Source: Vitrella brassicaformis CCMP3155 (Eukaryota; Protista; Chromerida). Taken from it: a stretch of DNA of 64,000 nucleotides. A program made the translations under genes and the position numbers. Shown here one piece after another: positions 1 to 11,538 of this stretch. Within the stretch, counting starts at the first letter, position 1. Each line of letters opens with the position of its first letter. The notes under the pieces are model-generated. The model saw only the letters and a program-made list of their open reading frames with translations, was not told where the DNA came from and ran no database searches. The stretch spans positions 1-64,000 of the forward strand of contig CDMY01000326.1 of NCBI GenBank assembly GCA_001179505.1, written 5' to 3'.

Positions 1-2820
1 GTGGGGCACCCGTTTTCTTCGTTTTTGGCGAGGCGAGTGGGAGGGACTGCTCAGCGAAGCACGGCAGTTTGCCCCTCAAGGCCGTCACGTCTTTGCGCCG
101 GCGGGGGAGGGTCGTGTTGACGACGAGGCGGGACCCTCATTGGATGCAGTCCGAAGGCGAGCAGCGGCACGCCTTGTCGGCCTGGGCGAGCTCTCGCGTG
201 CGGCGAGTCGCCTCACATCGGCGCCCGTTGCGGCGGCGAATCAGCAGACACTCGATCAGCTGCGCGCCCTCCACCCTGACGCCGCTCCGATCGACAGGCC
301 CGCTGCACCGGCAGGAAAAGCCCCTCGCCTGGAGACCAACCGTGACTTCCTTTTGACCGCACTGAAGAGCGCGCCGCGCGGAGCAGCCGTCGGACCGACC
401 GGCTGGCGATATGAGCACCTCCAAGTGCTCCTTAGCGAGGCCCACACCAACGCCGAGGCTGTGCCCGTCCTCAAGTTCGTGCAGCGGATGTTAGACGGCG
501 ACTTGCCCCCACTGGTGACGAGACTATTGGCCGCCGCCCGCTTGTTCGCATTGGAAAAGCCGGGGGGAGGAGTGCGGCCGATCGCAATCGGCGACGTGCT
601 TCGTCGATGGGTGACTCGGGCGCTGTGCATGCAACACAAGCTGGAGTTTGATGAGGAGTTCCGGCCCCACCAGTTTGCTGCCGGCACGTCCGCTGTCGGG
701 GAGAAACTCTTCCGTGCGGCGCAGACTTACATCCAGACGCAGGACGCCGGAGGCCAAGATGCAGACGAGCCGCCCACCACTCGCACCCTCCTCTCCCTCG
801 ACTGCCGCAACGCCTTCAACGAGATCAGCCGCCAGCGTATCATCGACGAGCTCGCCGTCAAGCACCCGGCCATGGTCGCATTTTTCTGGCAGTTCTACGG
901 CAGAGCTGCGCCATTGTGGTACACGATGGAGGACGGGCGCGTCGAGACTATCGACAGTCGTCAAGGCGTATAGCAAGGCGATGCGACGGGCCCTTTCCTT
1001 TTCTGCCTCGCCTTTCAGCCGGCCCTCCGTCGACTGCAGGAGCAGTTCCTGGCTGCGCTTGTCGGAAGCCTTATGGATGACGGGCTGGGGGGTATGGATG
1101 AGTGGGACGTCCCCTACTTTCTGGCGGCCGCCGCAGTTGAATCCCGCGCTATCAACCTGGTGCTGCGGTTGGATAAGTGCCATGCGTGGTCTCCGCATTG
1201 GCGCTCGACCGCTGACATTCCGACGGGCATCACGAGTCGAGGTGTGCGCGCGTCTACAGAAGGGATCATCCTCCTGTCCGCCCCGATCGGTACCCCGGCC
1301 TTCATCGCGCGCATCGTGAATGAGGTCGTCGCCAAGCATCAGCGCCTCCTCGACGCCGTCGTGGCGTTTGCCGTCGACGATTGGGACCATGCAGTGCAGG
1401 GGGCGAACCTGCTCCTTCGCTACTGTAAGTCCCCTCGCTTCCTCTACTGGTGCCGCCTCCTCGCTCCCTCCCCGCCGCTCTTGGCGGCCGCCCGTACACA
1501 TGATGCTGCGAAGGTCATCGCATTCACCAGCATCCACCGCACGGGCGCTTTGTCTACTTCAGCACACCGGCAGGTGCAGCTTCCCATCCGGTTGGGGGGC
1601 TTTGGGCTGGTGTCGTCTGCGCGTGTCGCACCGGGTGCCTATTTGGGGTCGGTGGCCGTCACCGTGGGGATGTGTGGGATCGTTTCCGTGGGCAATCCTG
1701 GATGCCCGAGTCAGAAGCCTCTCTTCTCCAGCTGGACTGGCTCGTCTCGGCGGCATCCGCCCGCATCAATTTCTCCGCATCCCTCCCCTCTGTCGCCATC
1801 CTTCCTATCGCGCAACTCATCGCGCGCCCGCAGGCCCGCCTGCAGCAGAAGATCTCTGCCGCCCTTGCGCAGAAGGACTTCGACACCCTCTTTGAGTCTT
1901 TCCCAGCTGGCAGCCGTGATCGGTGCCGCCTTCTCTCCTGCCTGGGGCCCCTGTCGTCTGGCTGGCTGTCGGCCATCCCCGCATATACCCGAAGTGACAA
2001 GCGCAAGTGCTTGAACAACTACGCCTACCGCCTCGCTACGGCCCTCACCCTCGGCATCACTTTTCCCCTCGCCAGCCTCGCACCGTCATGCACGTGTGGA
2101 GCGGGCATCGACACCCCGGGCGACCACTTCTTCCTCTGCAGCCGCGCGACGGCGGAGCGCGTCTTCAAGCACAACACCCTGCTGGACGTCTTTAAGGCAA
2201 TCCTTGCGGAGGTGGGCATCACGGCTGTCATAGAAGTGCCCCTGCGGTCTCTTGACATCACCCCTTCAAACGCCCAGCCCAACAGTCAGCGCATGGACCT
2301 CTTCTTCACCATCGACGGCGGAGGTGTCCTGTGCGACGTCACGGTGGTCCATCCATGCCGGCCCGAGAACTCAACCGCCCACCACACCCAGGTCAACCGC
2401 AGCAGCGCACGTCGGCCGGGCGGTTTTGCAGCTGCAGGGGCGGAGCGCGACAAAGATTGCAAGTATGGTGCCAACTGCCGGCAGAAGGGCTACACCATCG
2501 TGCCCCTAGCAGCGGAGACGTTCGGCCGTTAAGGTGGCGAGACCCTCACTCTGCTTCGCCGGCTGGCGCAGCGGCGCGTCCTCCCACCCGCCAGCTCTGC
2601 AGAAGACCGTGTATTTTTTCATGAGGGCGTCATGAACCATTGGGGGCAGTGTTTGTCGGTCGCGCTGATGCGCTGGAATGCTTTTCAAGTGTCCTGCCGC
2701 GCTCATCATGCGGCCGATGCTCGGACACAGCAGCGGGCGGGTCTGTTTCCTGAGGACCTCATCTCTCGAGGGCCCTACAGGGCACAAACCCGCACGTTTG
2801 CCTGCCAGGACCGGCCGTGA
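1..2820 (+). mobile_element. Degenerate CRE-clade-like (RT + zinc knuckle + restriction-like endonuclease) non-LTR retrotransposon, 5' part outside the window
   Basis: One long ORF can be rebuilt from position 2. RT motifs: GPTGWRYEHL, LFALEKPGGGVRPIAIGDVLRR, PHQFAAG, LSLDCRNAFNEISR, GV[Q]QGDATGP, (L)MDD, LGGFGL. Zinc knuckle CTC-x9-H-x3-C at ~2089-2139. RLE motifs KHN..E..RMDL..CDVTVVHP, ETFGR, LSVALMRWNA. Lesions: TAG 971-973, a 1-nt frameshift in the G run near 1666-1669, TAA 2530-2532. Natural stop TGA at 2818-2820. Confidence 0.9.
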
Positions 2821-3198
2821 GGGATTGATTTGGGGACGTGTTGTTATGGATCGGGCTTGGGTTGCAGGGTGGTTTGGTAGGGCATGTGATAGTCGCTTGT
2901 GTGATTGCGTTTGATGGGCTGTTCGGTTTATATCAGGGTGCTGCTATCATCCATGCCGTATGGTGCGCATGTGTTTCTGCGATTGCTTGTGTCTTTGCGT
3001 GAGCAAATCCCATACCGACTCTAGATCAGACGTGCTGGTCGCCCATGCTTCCGTGTAAACGTTCATCAGATCTGCTTCCAGGACGTGTTTGCCGCTGCTG
3101 CGGTGGCTCCCCAGGTTCTACTGAGGCTGCTGGCGTCTTGATTTAAACAAGATGATGGAAGATCTCCGAGTCGGCATGATCTCGCGCGCATCTGCCCA

Positions 3199-5283
3199 AT
3201 GAAGCTGCTCCCCCCCTCCCTCCTCCCCCTCTCCCTCCCCTTCGCCCTCTTCGGCGCAGATCCATCGGGCGCTCACAGGCATAGTAGCCACGACCTGTGC
3301 TCATTCATCCCAGTCCGCAGCCACAGCAGCGGCAGCCGGCTGCCGTGCACACCCAAACGACGGTCTCGGCGAGGCAGTGGTGGTGGTGGTGGTGTGTGGA
3401 TGGCCAGGGGGGCCAAGGCTGAGAAGAAGGCAATGCTCGACAAGATGGCCGCACCCACTGAAGCTGACTCGCAGCCACGGAGGATCAAGTACCCACACAC
3501 GCACGAACACAGAAGCAATATGAGCATCATGGAGAGATCTATCCGTTTCTCGCCTCTCTCTCTCTCTCCCTGGTGTGTGTGTGTGTGTGCGCCTTCGTCC
3601 GTCAGGTTCCCCCGCCCCCTCCCCCCTCTCAACCTGGACATCGAGCGCATGTGGGCCAACAGGCACAAGCCGCACATCGAGGAGCTGCCCGAGGTCTTCA
3701 AGGCGCTGCAGAACCCCCCCTATGACCAGAAGACCCACCCCGATCAGTTCAGCAAGTGGATGGAGCAGCAGAGCTCGCAGATGGTGCAGCGAGATAGGAG
3801 CATCTTTGAGAAGGCGTAAGTGGGTCGATTATGGCTGGGGGCATGGGCGCAGGGGCATTGTGTGTGTGTCCTCAGGTCTGATGAGGACATAGCGGAGATC
3901 CACAAGCAGACGGGCATGGTGGAGGGCCGTGACTACCTCACACACATACCGCAGAGCCTCCTCGTCAAGCACGGTAGCAAACCGCCCTCTGCACCCAGAC
4001 CAGACAAGATGCCATGTGTGTGTGCCTTTGTTGTTCACTCAGTGAATCCCGATGGCACTGAATGGTGGGAGGTCGACACGCCAGCAGATGAGTACAGGGT
4101 GAGCACTCCCCCTCCCTCCCTCCCTCACTCCGTCCCACTCTTCCATCTGTTCTGGCTGCTGCAGCCGGAGCAGGGCACGGTGCATTCGTCGGGCCAGTGG
4201 GTGCCGCCCATCAAGGACTGGCCCGACCCGTTCGACCCCCTTGTCGCAGCGGAGCGGGAGGAGCTGCTGCAGCAGCAGGAGGGGCCCACCAAGAAGCCTG
4301 AGGAGGAGACCAAGAGGGCAGGGAGGACATCCAGGTAGGTCGCTTGGTTGGCACATCCGGTCGATGACGTCCGTGTGGTGATATTGTCAGGTTTCGGCGG
4401 TCGTCTCGTTTCCAGCGTGAGGTTGCTGCTCGTGAGGCGAAGAAGGAGGAGGAGAAGATCGATCTCGAGTTCATGCGGGACCCCAACGTCACGGTAGGTC
4501 GGTGTGGGCTCTGCAAACACAAAACACAAGCTTCATCATTGTGTGTGTGTGGTCTGTGGCATCCGTCCGTCCACCCCCATCAGACATACGAGGAAGAGTA
4601 TCGTTCCGCGGTCAAGTGGATGTGGCGAAAGACGTTGGAGAGAGACGGAATCAGTGCGCACCCTCCCACAGACACACCACACCACACCACACCACACGGC
4701 ACACGCAACACCTCTCTGCGCGTGTGCGTGTGTGCGGATGTCTGTGTGGATGTCTGCAGCATGGCGGCCCAATGCGGAGGAGCGGGCGCGTTGGCCCAAG
4801 GAGACGCAGGACGAGTGGCAACGGATACAAGACACCAAGCCCCGGAGAGCGTAAGCAGAAGGCTGCTCACACAGGGGTGGTGGCATTGATGTGTTGATGT
4901 CTGTCTGTCTGTGTGTGTGTGTGTGTGTGTGGCTCAGTGAGAGAGAGAGGAAGCTCCGCGAGATGTGGCGGATAGAGCCAGAGCAGACATTCCCCTTCCC
5001 ATGGCTGCTGGACGTAACCCTCCCACACACCACAACACACCACACACCGCGGACGCTCCACGTGTGTCGTCGTGTGTGTCGTCATGTGTGTGTGTGTGTG
5101 TGTGTGTTGATACAGGATGGCTTTGAGGTGGCGGCAGAGATCGAGAAGAAGACGGGGGAGCCGGCCATCTGGCGGTTCCGTGTGCCAGAGCTCAGCCCCA
5201 CCTATGTCAAGCCACATAGCTACATTCTCGATGAGGCCGGCGAGGTATGAAGCACAAACACGATGGAAGATACCATAACCGCC

Positions 5284-5318
<35 letters not shown>

Positions 5319-6718
5319 TGTGTGTGATCTGTGTGCCATGGGTGAGGTCAGATGGATGACCCCCTCGACGCCCCCTGGCGCCGGCAGATCGAGGCAGTGG
5401 TCCGTCAGGAGCTCAAATTCTACGAGCTCGACCTCTACGAGATCAACTGGCGGATCGGCGTGTGCGACGTCATCATACAGCCGATGCCGTGGACGCCCCC
5501 GCCGCCCCGGGCTAAGCGGTTCGTGAAGACGCGCAGGACCGACCCTGAGGAATGGGTCATGAACGAGCCGCCACCGGAGAAGCCGACCTTGACGCTTGAG
5601 CAGCTGCAAAAGGCGCTTGTGCATCTCGGTGACTGAGTGTGGGGTCAAAGGGATGGACAACAGGATGTGTATATGTGTGTGTGTGTGTGTGTGTTTAGAG
5701 AGGGTGTTGAAGGATATGGACAAGACAGACCATGTGCGGATTCTGGACCGGCACAAGCTGACGATGTCGACCAAGGGGGCCAGGGGGCTGCTCACCTGCA
5801 GGAGACAGCTCGACAACAACAGGTCCCCATCCACCCTTTCATAGACACGCACACTCATCCCCATCAGCCAATGAGCCCCCATCCCTCTGTGTGTGTGTGT
5901 GTGTGTGCGTGTGTCAGGGGGGAGGAGGTCATTGTCAAGATACTGGACCCCTTCTTTGGCAAGGTGACCATTTGATTGCACCGGCTGACAGACAGACAGA
6001 CAGACAGGCCGGCCGCACACACGCACTCATCAATCATTGTGTGATTTGTGTCATCTGTGTGTGTGTAGGATGAGGACTTACACTGCCGCATGATCGGCTC
6101 CCCCAATGTGCGTGACGTCTGGGTCTCTCTCCCGCAAGAGAACGACCAGACGCTCAAGGTGCCCTGGAACCGCATCAAAGAGATCCGCATGGTCGACCCC
6201 TCCAGACTGCGCGACGAGGAGACTATTGCCGAAGAACTCGCCAAAGAGGTCAGTCAGTCAGTCATTAGGTCAAACAGCACAAGTATCTCTCCCATGCGGT
6301 CCTTCAACGTCAGGAGAGGACACCCGAGGCACCCCCACCACCAGAGGAGGAGGCAATCGCAGAAGAGGAAGAGGCAATCGAGGAGGTCGAGGAAGAAGCA
6401 GAGGTCCCCGGCACAGCAGCAGCAGCAGCTCCTTCTGCTGCTGCTGCTGCTGCTGGCGAGGAGGGTGTCTCGGCGGAGGCGGAGGTCTCCGAAGAGGACG
6501 TTGATGTGTTGGAGGCCAGCGAGTGGGCGCGTGACGTCGCTGGCGTGTTACGTGAGGGGGTGGGCAAGGAGGCGATGCTCGAGGATGACGAGAGGGTGGA
6601 CGTCGAGGCCGACACGGATGCGATGCTCGAAGACTTGGCCTATGAACAGCGTGTGGAGGAGCGGCCCGAGTTCGACTTTGACCCCGAGTACCCCGAAGAC
6701 CTCATGGACTCAGACTGA
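3199..6718 (+). CDS. rimP: Multi-exon RimP-like ribosome maturation factor with a long N-terminal extension, an acidic tail and a putative bipartite plastid leader
   Basis: Spliced C-terminal exons read IEAVVRQELKFYELDLYEINW...PTLTLEQLQKALVHLERVLKDMD...KLTMSTKGARGLL...RGEEVIVKI...TLKVPWNRIKEIRMV, which follows the RimP N-domain / 'LEVSSPG' / Sm-like C-domain pattern. The N-terminus MKLLPPSLLPLSLPFALFG...CSFIPVRSHSS is hydrophobic, then Ser/Arg-rich. Introns are GT-AG, e.g. 3490-3605. Confidence 0.7.
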
Positions 6719-7346
6719 CTGACCGATCCGATCGATGAATGGCTGCTGAGCTGGCGCGGCTAGTGTCTTCTCATTTGTGTCCATCACGGTGTAGATTGGC
6801 TGGCTGCCTTAATTGTGCATAGGCAGACAGAGAGAGGTGCGTGTGTGGGTGTGTCAGAGGGCGGATGGTTTAAGGCTTACCCTTTGTTTCTCGTTGATGT
6901 ACAGATAGCCCTGACTGAATTGACTGATCGAGTGGGCGGCCAGTGGTGCTGTGCATATCTATTCATCCATCCATGGCCACTTAATGTTGCTTTCAATGCA
7001 TCGATCGACTTGTGCCTGTCGGGGCGGCAGATTGGCGAGAAAGGGCGAAGGGTGTAAGAGAGAATCAAACGAAGTCTGTCTGTCTGAATGCATGGTACAC
7101 ACAACCGACCAGCCACGCACGCTAAAAATGCATTTCTGTTTGCGGTTGGAACGATTAAACGGCGACACGCGCACTCACGGGTCGCACCACAAACGCCTTT
7201 TCACAGACATACACTCCTCTAAAGCCGCCCTTCTAGCTGCATCGCGCAACACACGAGAGGTGAGGAGCTCTCATGGGGAGAGTCGTGCACCAGTGTGTGT
7301 GTATGTGTGTGCTCTGTACCGTGGTGAGGCACTGACTAGGATGCCT

Positions 7347-9472
7347 TCAGTTGTGGGTCGCCTGATGCATACAAACAGAGGGAGCGAAGAGACTTTGACG
7401 CGTCTCTTGCCGCCTGCCTTCCTGCTTCCAACTAGCATACCTGCCCAATGTGCCACACCTCGAGCTCGGTGCACGTGAAGTTTGAGGACTGCGCCAGGGT
7501 GCCGTGGCCCTCCTCGTTGACCGTCGGGCCCTTGTAGCCGTCGGGCAGCTCCCCCTTGTTGTTCCACTGCTGGCAGCTGCTGATGTCGGCCGCAGGGCCA
7601 GGACCAGCAAAGCCAAGCCAGAGCCGGCCGCAGCCGATGCACACATTTGCAGTCCAGTCCATATTATCGGCCTTCACCACCCCCTGTGTGCCGGCCACCT
7701 CCACCCGCTGACTCTCCTTCGGCAGCTTGATCTTGGTCGGCGCATCAAACGCACCCGAGAGCGCGAAGAGGAAGACGGGCACCTTGTATCTGCCGCTCGT
7801 CTGTGTGGGTCGTCTGGTGGCTTGATCTCGCCGTCGATGAAGGCGCCGAATCGGTGCGTGTCGCCATGTCGGAGGGCGAACATCAGGCCGCTCTTGCCGG
7901 TCACCTTGTTGAGGAAGGACTGGTACCCAAACGTGTCACGACTCGACCTGATCACGACACACACCGGGGAATTCGTCTGTCGGCGTGCGCTTGTTTGTGC
8001 CTGGGTGCGTGGCTCCCCTACTTGTAGATGAGTGTGATAGCGGGTGAGGCTTTGCCGGTCATGTCGATGACTTTGCCCCACTCCTCGGCTGACTTGACGA
8101 TGAACTCATGGCCGTCGGCGGCCGGCAGATGGCAATACGGCTGGTACTTCAAGCTATACATCTCCTGACACACACACACACATGGTCAGCACAGCTGCTC
8201 CTTGCTGTGTGTGCCGCCCTCCGTCTCTTTGTCTCGCTTACGATGTCCTCTACGAAGTGACGTTTGTCGCCCTCCTCGACGAGCGGTGGCGAGATAACCT
8301 GACTATGCGGCATGGTGGAGATGCGGCGCGCAAACTCGACGATCATCATGAAGTGATCCGCTGGCACCTGACGCACCTGACGATTGGCGAAGCACGGGGG
8401 CGTCCTGACAGGCAGACAGGCAGGCAGAGATCCATCCGATGATCTTCTGAGCCTCCCCACGTGTGTGTCTTACGTCGAAAATCGTGTCATGAGTGGGTGG
8501 TTGTGGCCCAGCCGCCCGATTGTCTTGCGCATGATGCACACCTTCCGGCCCATGACCGTCACACTGAGGACCGCGTCAGCGTTGCTATCGCCGCTGGCGA
8601 AGAAGGGCTTCATGTGACGGATGAACGTCTCGATCTCCTCCTTCTGCCGCACCAGCCCCTTGTACGCCCTAAGGTAGGCGCGAAGAGACCGCTCGTAGGC
8701 ACGCACTGAGTCCTGGATGGCCTTCTCGGCTGCATCACCCCCACCCTCTCCCCCCTGGCCGTCGACCTCCATCGGCGCGACTGCAGCTGCTGCAGGGGGC
8801 GGCTGCGGGGGGGCGTAGAAGTTGGTCTCGCGCATGAAGAGGGAGAAGTTCTCGGCGTAGAGGGGATCGGATGCCTTGGATGGCGGCAGCTCCACAGTGT
8901 CGGTGGAGCCCCGCTCGTAGAGGGTCATTCTGTCGAGTAGGAGGGAGAAGAAGGCCGATGACGTCTCGAGGTAGAGGTGGCCGTCGGCATCTCTCGGCAG
9001 GCCGCCCGCGTGGTGCATCAGCAGCACTGAGATGTATCGCCGCTTCATGAAGGGCATCAACAGGGCGCGACGACTCACTGGGAAGACCACACCGCCTGCA
9101 CACTCGCACGTACACACAGCACCCATATGTACAGAGAACTGCATCTCGCCTTTCATCTCCTCTCTTCGGACCTGCGTTGACCTTCAACTCGCCGCTAGTC
9201 TCATCCTCATTCAGGCTCCACACGCCACCACATAAGGCAACAAGATCTTCTACCTCGCCCACCAGATCTCGCATTTCCTGCTTGCGCGAGTCGACGACGG
9301 CACTTGTCTGCTGATGTAGGCTCTCGAGGGCGCTAGCCGCGCTACCCACCAGCAGCTGGGCCGCAAGACTGCCGGTCGTGAGATCAGAGAGGGGCGGGGA
9401 AACAGCTCCAACAGCAGCCGCGGCGGCAGGTGGGCCGTCAGCTAGCTTCCGCTTCTTGGAATTGTCCTCCAT
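7347..9472 (-). CDS. Tandem BTB/POZ (KCTD-type) plus C-terminal TLDc domain protein
   Basis: BTB-1: ELKVNAGGVVFPVSRRALL...LPRDADGHLYLETSSAFFSLLL. BTB-2: VLSVTVMGRKVCIMRKTI. TLDc: LIYKSSRDTFGYQSFLNKVTGKSG...HRFGAFIDG...VFLFAL...NFTCTELEVW. ATG at 9472; last exon ATHN-TGA at 7347-7361. Confidence 0.8.
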
Positions 9473-9709
9473 CCTATCTACCCGGTCTTGACTGCGAGCT
9501 CGAGGTGGGGGCTGAGACGCCCAGCCCGCCAACGGAAGGCTTTGCGCGAAGAAACGACTCAGGGCACAGAGCCGAGCCGAAAGCGGCCCTGTTCTACGGC
9601 CGCAGACGACGTAAGCGAACAGCACCCTCCAGAAGTGGCGAGACTGATTAATAGACTAAGTGCCGTCACGTTGTCCTGTGGTTGTTCTTGGTTTGCAGAG
9701 GCAGCCACC

Positions 9710-11502
9710 ATGGGGCAGCCATCGATGTATGACGCGACAGAAAAGCTACTGAAGCGCCTCAGCTTCCACTTGCAGAGGCTTGACGCCTTCCGGCCCAAGG
9801 ACAGTAAGTCAGCAGAGGCCAGACACCCGTGACTGATCGTCTCCTCACCTCCTCTGTGTTCCGTTCAGGAGGCGGTGTGGATGTGGCCGAGCACTATGAG
9901 GCGCTGCAGAGGGAGCTACAGCAGACGCTGCATCAGCTGACTGATGTGTTCCTTGGGCTTGTCCAGCCGCAGCAGGCCCAGCGGCTCCATCGCAATAGAC
10001 TCGATGCGGAGGTCAACGAGGCCTTCAGGAAATGCATCGGTGAGCCAGACGTGATGGCAGTCCTGCACTTATCAAGTCGCTGCCTCTTCATTACCATCCG
10101 GCCAGACGAGCAGGGCATTGTGGAGCGGGTTTGGAGGGAGGAGTGTCTCAACCGGCAGCAGAGAGCAGAAGCTGCGGCGAGAGACACCCTCAAGAAGATG
10201 GACCAAGTGGGCCGCATGTCTGACATGCCAAACAGACAGCGATAGGGACGTGTTCATGTGTGGCCGATCAGGAGCAGCGAGTGTCATCAGGTGTGGTTCA
10301 GGCACAGCAGGTGGGTGCAGGGATGGGCTGTGGGAGCGACAAAGTGGTGTCTCCTTTCTCCGCAGCTGTCTGCGATCCGGCACGACGCACTTGATGCCTT
10401 CTTTCTGGCCGAGAGAAGTCGCACCGAGATCCTCATGGTGAGCAAGTCAAAGACGATCGATCTCCGATCGTCTCATGAGATCGATCGTCTCATACATGTT
10501 CGGCTTTGTTTGTCTTGGACCGTCGAACAGAGGAGTGTTTCCCAGCTCTTTCACAAGTTGCTGGAAGATGAGTTCGACAGTATTGATAAGCAGGTCACCG
10601 CAGCACAGCAGCGCTGCACACAGGCAAGCAAACAAACTGATGTGTAAGGTTAATTGTGGCCATCGTCTTGCTTCCCCTCCTCTCATTCAGGCTCGTCTTG
10701 AGTTGAGCCAGGCTCGCGTTGAAGAGAGGGTCCACGCCCCCACCACTCACCACGTGACCGATCCATCATTGCAAGCGAAGATCGCACACCTGCAGGAGGC
10801 CGCACTCTTGCTATCCAAGCCGAATGCTGACACGCAGACCATCCGCCATCGAATCAGCGTACGTGATGGTCATGGTTCATGCGCCTCTGCAGCATGGGCA
10901 GCCGTCTTCCCCTGTGTGCCTTGCAGGCGTTGCTTCTGTCCTTGCAGCTGCAGCTGCTGTCATCAGCCGAGCCAATGCAAAGCCAGCTGAGCCCGCCAGC
11001 TGAGGAGCAGAGAGGCGGCAATCGCCCTGCTGATGACTCGAATGATGACGAATTTCAATGTAAGAACCTGACATAGTATGATGGTATGTCTCCACAACGC
11101 CCCGTTTTTCTCTTTGCAGTGGATCTGAATTTTGAGAGCGTTGGCGCTGCACCTGTATTGCTGGAGCAGCCTTACTCATCCACCCAGCCACCTCCACCAC
11201 CACCGCCGATGGCCAGCGATGAGACGCAAAGTGGCGAGAAAATGCTGGTGAAGGATGATAACAAGGGACGCAGCAGCACCATTGAGAGGCCCACGGTGCT
11301 GCAGTCGGCTCAGCGGGCCACCACGGCTGCTGAACTGCCTGATGACAAGTACAGATGATTCAGCCACGAGAAATGCGCTTTTTGTATGGTGCGTTGTGTT
11401 GATGCAGGAGCGAGGAGTCTGAGACATCCGTTATGGTTGAGGTCGCAGGGGAGATTGCACCCCTGCTGCAGCAGCAGACTGACGGTACCAAGTAGCCATT
11501 CG

Positions 11503-11538
<36 letters not shown>

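Noticed and set aside
2821-3198. Possible spliced-leader RNA gene or poly(A)/TSD at the retroelement 3' end
   Set aside because: No SL-like sequence, Sm site, A-tail or duplication recognisable; the element's other end is outside the window.
10451-10495. GATC-rich short inverted/direct repeats in an intron
   Set aside because: Arms of 9 bp or less made of self-complementary GATC units, which are common throughout non-coding DNA here.
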